A stretch of DNA of 19,479 nt from Chlamydiota bacterium. GTDB taxonomy: Bacteria; Auribacterota; Tritonobacteria; UBA1439. The position numbers and the translations under genes are program-made. The notes beneath the pieces were generated by a model. The model was not told the DNA's origin. It saw only the letters and a list, made by a program, of their open reading frames with translations, and ran no database searches. Below are positions 16,050 to 19,479 of this stretch, one piece after another. The stretch lies in NCBI GenBank assembly GCA_037133055.1, contig JBAXOY010000055.1, forward strand, positions 1-19,479. Direction: 5' to 3'. Within the stretch, counting starts at the first letter, position 1. Every line of letters begins with the position of its first letter.

Positions 16050-17063
16050 ATGATGAAAATTGCGTTCCTGACCACGCGCTTCGAGAGGCCGAGCTACCGC
16101 TTCCGGGTGGGACAGTTCCTCCCCTTCCTCGAGCGGCACGGCGTCGCCTGCGCGCCCCTCGTCATCCCCCCCGCGGGGTGGGCGCGGATACGGCTGTTCC
16201 GCGGGCTCCGGGGCTATGACGCCGTCTTCATCCAGAAGAAGATGCTGGGCCCCTTCGACCGGCTGATCCTCAGGCGCGTGGCGCGCCGCATCGTGTACGA
16301 CGTGGACGACGCGGTGATGTTCCGCGAGCACGACGTGGACGGCGCCCCGCGCCGGGTGCGGATGCGGCGATTCCGGGCCATGGCGCGGATGAGCGACCTG
16401 GTGCTCGCGGGCAACGACACGCTCCGCCAGGCGGCGGCCGCGCACGCCGCCCGGGTGTTCTGTTTCCCCACGGTGGTCGACACCGACCAGTACCGGCCCG
16501 AGGCCCGCGCGCCGCGCACGCCCCCCGTCATCGGCTGGAGCGGGAGCCGCAGCACCAACGGCTACCTCAACGCGGTCCTGCCGGCGCTCGACAGGCTCGC
16601 GGGGCGCGTCCCCTTCACGCTGCGCGTGGTGAGCGACACCCCCGCGGGCATCGACCTCGCGCGCCACGGAAACGTGCGGGCGGAGTTCTCCCGGTGGAGC
16701 GCGGCCGCCGAGCGTGACGATTTCCGCGGCTTCGACATCGGCCTCATGCCGCTGCCCGACACCCCGTGGGCGCGGGGGAAATGCGCCCTCAAGGCCCTGG
16801 TCTATATGGCGTGCGGGGTGCCCGCGGTCTGCTCCCCCGTGGGCGTCGTGTCGACGATCATCACGAACGGCCGGAACGGCTTTTTGGCCGCCTCCGGCAT
16901 GGAGTGGGAGGGCGCCCTGGAGCGGCTGCTCCGGGACGCGGCGTTGCGCCGGGAGATCGCCGCCAGGGGCCGGGAGACGGTCGAAGAGCGCTACTCGCTC
17001 GCGGCGCACGCACCGCGGCTCCTCGCCATCCTCAGGGACCTCTGCGGGGAGGAGACGCCATGA
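16050..17063 (+). CDS. GT4 glycosyltransferase
   Basis: PSYRFRV, FIQKK, YDVDDAV, PTVVD, IGWSGS, DIGLMPLPDTPWARGKCALKALVYMACGVP. Start is 16050 or 16053. Confidence 0.9.
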   Translation: MMKIAFLTTRFERPSYRFRVGQFLPFLERHGVACAPLVIPPAGWARIRLFRGLRGYDAVFIQKKMLGPFDRLILRRVARRIVYDVDDAVMFREHDVDGAPRRVRMRRFRAMARMSDLVLAGNDTLRQAAAAHAARVFCFPTVVDTDQYRPEARAPRTPPVIGWSGSRSTNGYLNAVLPALDRLAGRVPFTLRVVSDTPAGIDLARHGNVRAEFSRWSAAAERDDFRGFDIGLMPLPDTPWARGKCALKALVYMACGVPAVCSPVGVVSTIITNGRNGFLAASGMEWEGALERLLRDAALRREIAARGRETVEERYSLAAHAPRLLAILRDLCGEETP

Positions 17064-18040
17064 CCGATCTCTCCCTCGTCGTCGTGAGCTGGAACTCCTC
17101 GCCGTACCTGCGGGGGTGCCTCTCCTCGATCCCGGCAGGCGCCGGAAAACTCTCTTTCGAGGTGTTCGTCGTGGACAACGCCTCCCGAGACGGATCGGCC
17201 GACCTCGTGCGGGCGGAGTTCCCGTCGGCGCATCTCATCGCCAACACCGTCAACCGCGGCTTCGCGGCCGCGAACAACCAGGGGCTGCGTCTCGCCACGG
17301 GACGCTACGCCCTCCTGCTCAACCCCGACACGAGGGTGCACGAGGGGGCGCTCGAGCGGCTCGCCGCCTTCATGGACGGAAACCCCGACGCCGGCGCCTG
17401 CGGCCCCCTGCTTCTCAACGAGGACGGGAGCGTTCAGCACGCCGCGAGGCGTTTCCCCACCTTCGGATTCGCCTTCGGCTCGAAGACCGTGCTCGGCCGC
17501 CTGGGGTTTTTCCGCAGGAGCTACGACCGGGTGAAGATGCGCGGGGAGCGCTTCGACGAGGCGATGGAGGTCGACCAGCCCTCGGGCGCCGCGCTATTCC
17601 TCAGGAGGAGCGTCCTCGACCGCGTGGGGCTCCTGGACGAGGGCTACTTCATCTTCTTCGAGGAGGTGGACCTGTGCCGGAGGATCCGGGACGCGGGCTG
17701 CCGCATCGTCCTCCGCCCCGAGGCGCGCATCACGCACTACGGCGGACGAAGCCGGCGCCAGAACAGGGCCGCCGTCATCCTGCCCGGCGCCCGGAGCCTG
17801 CTCCGCTATTTCCGGAAGCACGAGGGGGGGATGCGGAGCGCCTTCTTCGACCTCGCCTTCCGGCCGCTCTTCGCCCTCGGCATCTGCGTCGACGCGGCGG
17901 GCGCGGGGCTCAAGGCCTCGCTCTACCGCCTGCGGCCCGGGAAGGAAAAAAAGGCCGCGGAGAAGGAGGCGATCTTCGCCGCATACTGCGCCTTCATCAG
18001 GCGCGACCTGCTTTTCTTTTTGCTTTCCCTATGGGAATAA
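17060..18040 (+). CDS. GT2 glycosyltransferase (WbbL/rhamnosyltransferase-like)
   Basis: LSLVVVSWNS, VVDNASRDGS, NRGFAAANNQG, LLLNPD, SGAALF, LDEGYFIFFEEVDLC; GGAGG RBS and ATGA overlap. Confidence 0.92.
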   Translation: MTDLSLVVVSWNSSPYLRGCLSSIPAGAGKLSFEVFVVDNASRDGSADLVRAEFPSAHLIANTVNRGFAAANNQGLRLATGRYALLLNPDTRVHEGALERLAAFMDGNPDAGACGPLLLNEDGSVQHAARRFPTFGFAFGSKTVLGRLGFFRRSYDRVKMRGERFDEAMEVDQPSGAALFLRRSVLDRVGLLDEGYFIFFEEVDLCRRIRDAGCRIVLRPEARITHYGGRSRRQNRAAVILPGARSLLRYFRKHEGGMRSAFFDLAFRPLFALGICVDAAGAGLKASLYRLRPGKEKKAAEKEAIFAAYCAFIRRDLLFFLLSLWE

Positions 18041-19350
18041 TCGACCTCTATATGAATGCTACTGATCGTGTCTTCGCGATGCTCGACCGAGCGCTCAAGG
18101 CGATTTTTTGGGCCGCCCTCATCCTCCTCTTTCTCCGGCCGTCCACCCTCCGCCTTGCCACTCCGTTCGGCCACGTAAGCCTCACCAGCGCAAAGAACAT
18201 CGTCATCGTATTCTGCTTTTTCTGGCTCGCCCTGGCTTTCGCCCGCCCGCATCGCTATTTCGTCCGCGCGGGCCTCGGGCTCCCGCTCGCGCTCTTCCTC
18301 GCGGCGAGCTGCCTCTCGGCGTTCGCCTCGCCGTTCGGCCCCGCGAAAGAGCGGTGGGCGGCGGTGCTCGAGGCGGCGTGCTACGGCCTCTTCTTCTACG
18401 GGAGCCTTTATCTCTTCCGGGGCCCGGTGCGCGCGCGCAGCGCGGCGATCACGCTCGTCGTCGTGGCGGCGGGCGTCGCGGCGGTCGATCTCGCGTACCA
18501 CGCCCGCGCGGGGCTCGCCTTCATCGTGGATCAGAAGTACCCGCTCTGGGACGGGAAGAACGCGCTCGGCCTCTTCATGGCGATCGCGCTCGCGCTCGGC
18601 GCGTCTCTGGGATCCCCTCCTTCCCGCGCACGGTCGCGGGCCGCCTGGGCGCTCGCCCCCGTCCTCTTCCTCATCTTCCTCTGCGCTGTGTACAGCTACT
18701 CCCGCGCGGCCTGGCTCGCCATGGCCGGGGCGACGCTCGCCATGGCCCTGCTCCGGTCGTGGAAATGGGTCTGGCTGCTCGTCGCCGCGGCGATCGTCCT
18801 CGCCTTCCTCCCGAACCATCGCGTCGTGCGCCGCCTTTTTGCCACGGGCAAGGCTCGGGACCGCACCGCCGCCTGGCGCGTCGTCGTCTGGAAGGACGCC
18901 GCGCGCATGATCCGCGCCCGCCCGCTTCTCGGGGTGGGGCCCGGGGAGTTCAGGAGGGCGTGCGACGCCTACGAGGACAGGGACGCCCCGACGCGCCGAC
19001 TCGCCCGGACCAGGGATGGCCTGCGCTACCGCGAGCACGCCTATCATCTGGCCCTGCGCGAAGCGCTCGGCGTGCCGGTGGAAGTGCTGACGGTGGACAA
19101 CCACACCGACGGCCCTTACCTCTACCTGCGTCTCCTGAAAGAGGACCCGGTGCGGGCGGCCGAGGTGCTTAAGCTTCTGAAAATGAATGGCGGCAACAGT
19201 AGCGGAACCGGCATCGGGTGCGTGAGTTGGGATGGATCGGTGCATCCCGACCAGTTCTGGCGCCATTATTCATTCGGCAACGTCACGCAGCGCCCCTTCA
19301 GCAAGATCTGGACGGATACCTCGGAACCGCTTATGGGCAAACTGCGGTAA
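18031..19350 (+). CDS. O-antigen ligase (WaaL/Wzy_C)-like membrane protein, truncated near 19041 and fused in frame to a radical-SAM fragment
   Basis: Many transmembrane helices with GKNALG, YSYSRAAW, R..VW..A..MIRARPLLGVGPGEF. The expected H-A-H-N motif breaks off after HA. Start could be 18031, 18052 or 18079. Confidence 0.75.
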   Translation: MGIIDLYMNATDRVFAMLDRALKAIFWAALILLFLRPSTLRLATPFGHVSLTSAKNIVIVFCFFWLALAFARPHRYFVRAGLGLPLALFLAASCLSAFASPFGPAKERWAAVLEAACYGLFFYGSLYLFRGPVRARSAAITLVVVAAGVAAVDLAYHARAGLAFIVDQKYPLWDGKNALGLFMAIALALGASLGSPPSRARSRAAWALAPVLFLIFLCAVYSYSRAAWLAMAGATLAMALLRSWKWVWLLVAAAIVLAFLPNHRVVRRLFATGKARDRTAAWRVVVWKDAARMIRARPLLGVGPGEFRRACDAYEDRDAPTRRLARTRDGLRYREHAYHLALREALGVPVEVLTVDNHTDGPYLYLRLLKEDPVRAAEVLKLLKMNGGNSSGTGIGCVSWDGSVHPDQFWRHYSFGNVTQRPFSKIWTDTSEPLMGKLR

Positions 19351-19479
19351 CTCAAGCGCTACCTCAAGGGACGCTGCGCCGCCTGCAAGTGGCTGGATAT
19401 CTGCAACGGGAACTTCCGGGTGCGGGCCGAGGCGGTCACCGGGGATGTCTGGGAAGCCGAGCCGGACTGCTACCTGACG
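19042..19479 (+). pseudogene. ahbC: C-terminal (SPASM-containing) fragment of an AhbC/NirJ1-type radical SAM protein with an in-frame TAA
   Basis: EVLTVDNHTDGPYLYLRL, NGGNSSGTGIGCVSWDGSVHPDQFW, FGNV..RPFSKIW; TAA at 19348-19350; same frame continues LKRYLKGRCAACKWLDICNGNFRVRAEAVTGDVWEAEPDCYLT to the window end. Confidence 0.8.

Noticed and set aside
16714..18030. N-terminal half of the 878-aa ORF
   Set aside because: Off-frame overlap with the GT4 and GT2 genes; the membrane protein starts at about 18031-18079.
19038..19048. CGCCTATCATC at the fusion junction resembles the first bases of the window (CGCCTACCATC)
   Set aside because: A 10/11 match is too short to separate from chance, and the flanks do not align.

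Overview
High-GC Gram-negative bacterial DNA with every credible gene on the + strand. The window opens with the 3' end of a Pro/Thr-repeat surface protein and a putative lipoprotein, then the conserved dprA-topA-xerC block. That block runs directly into a long LPS operon: waaA, lpxK, lpxA, a CPBP/Abi intramembrane protease, two tandem lipid A late acyltransferases, waaF, a GT4, a WaaP-like kinase, a SAM methyltransferase, a second GT4, a GT2 and an O-antigen ligase-like gene. Main oddities: (1) most gaps from topA onward are spanned by small ORFs or in-frame extensions linking one stop codon to the next start, suggesting a translational-coupling relay; (2) several junctions carry 7-10 bp tandem or inverted repeats; (3) the two lpxL copies are a mosaic of near-identical and diverged blocks; (4) lpxA is out of its usual context and atypical; (5) the ligase ORF switches in frame into an AhbC/NirJ1 radical-SAM C-terminus with a premature stop, most likely an assembly chimera or rearrangement. 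No rRNA, tRNA, CRISPR array or transposase was seen. Family calls come from motif recognition, not database searches.
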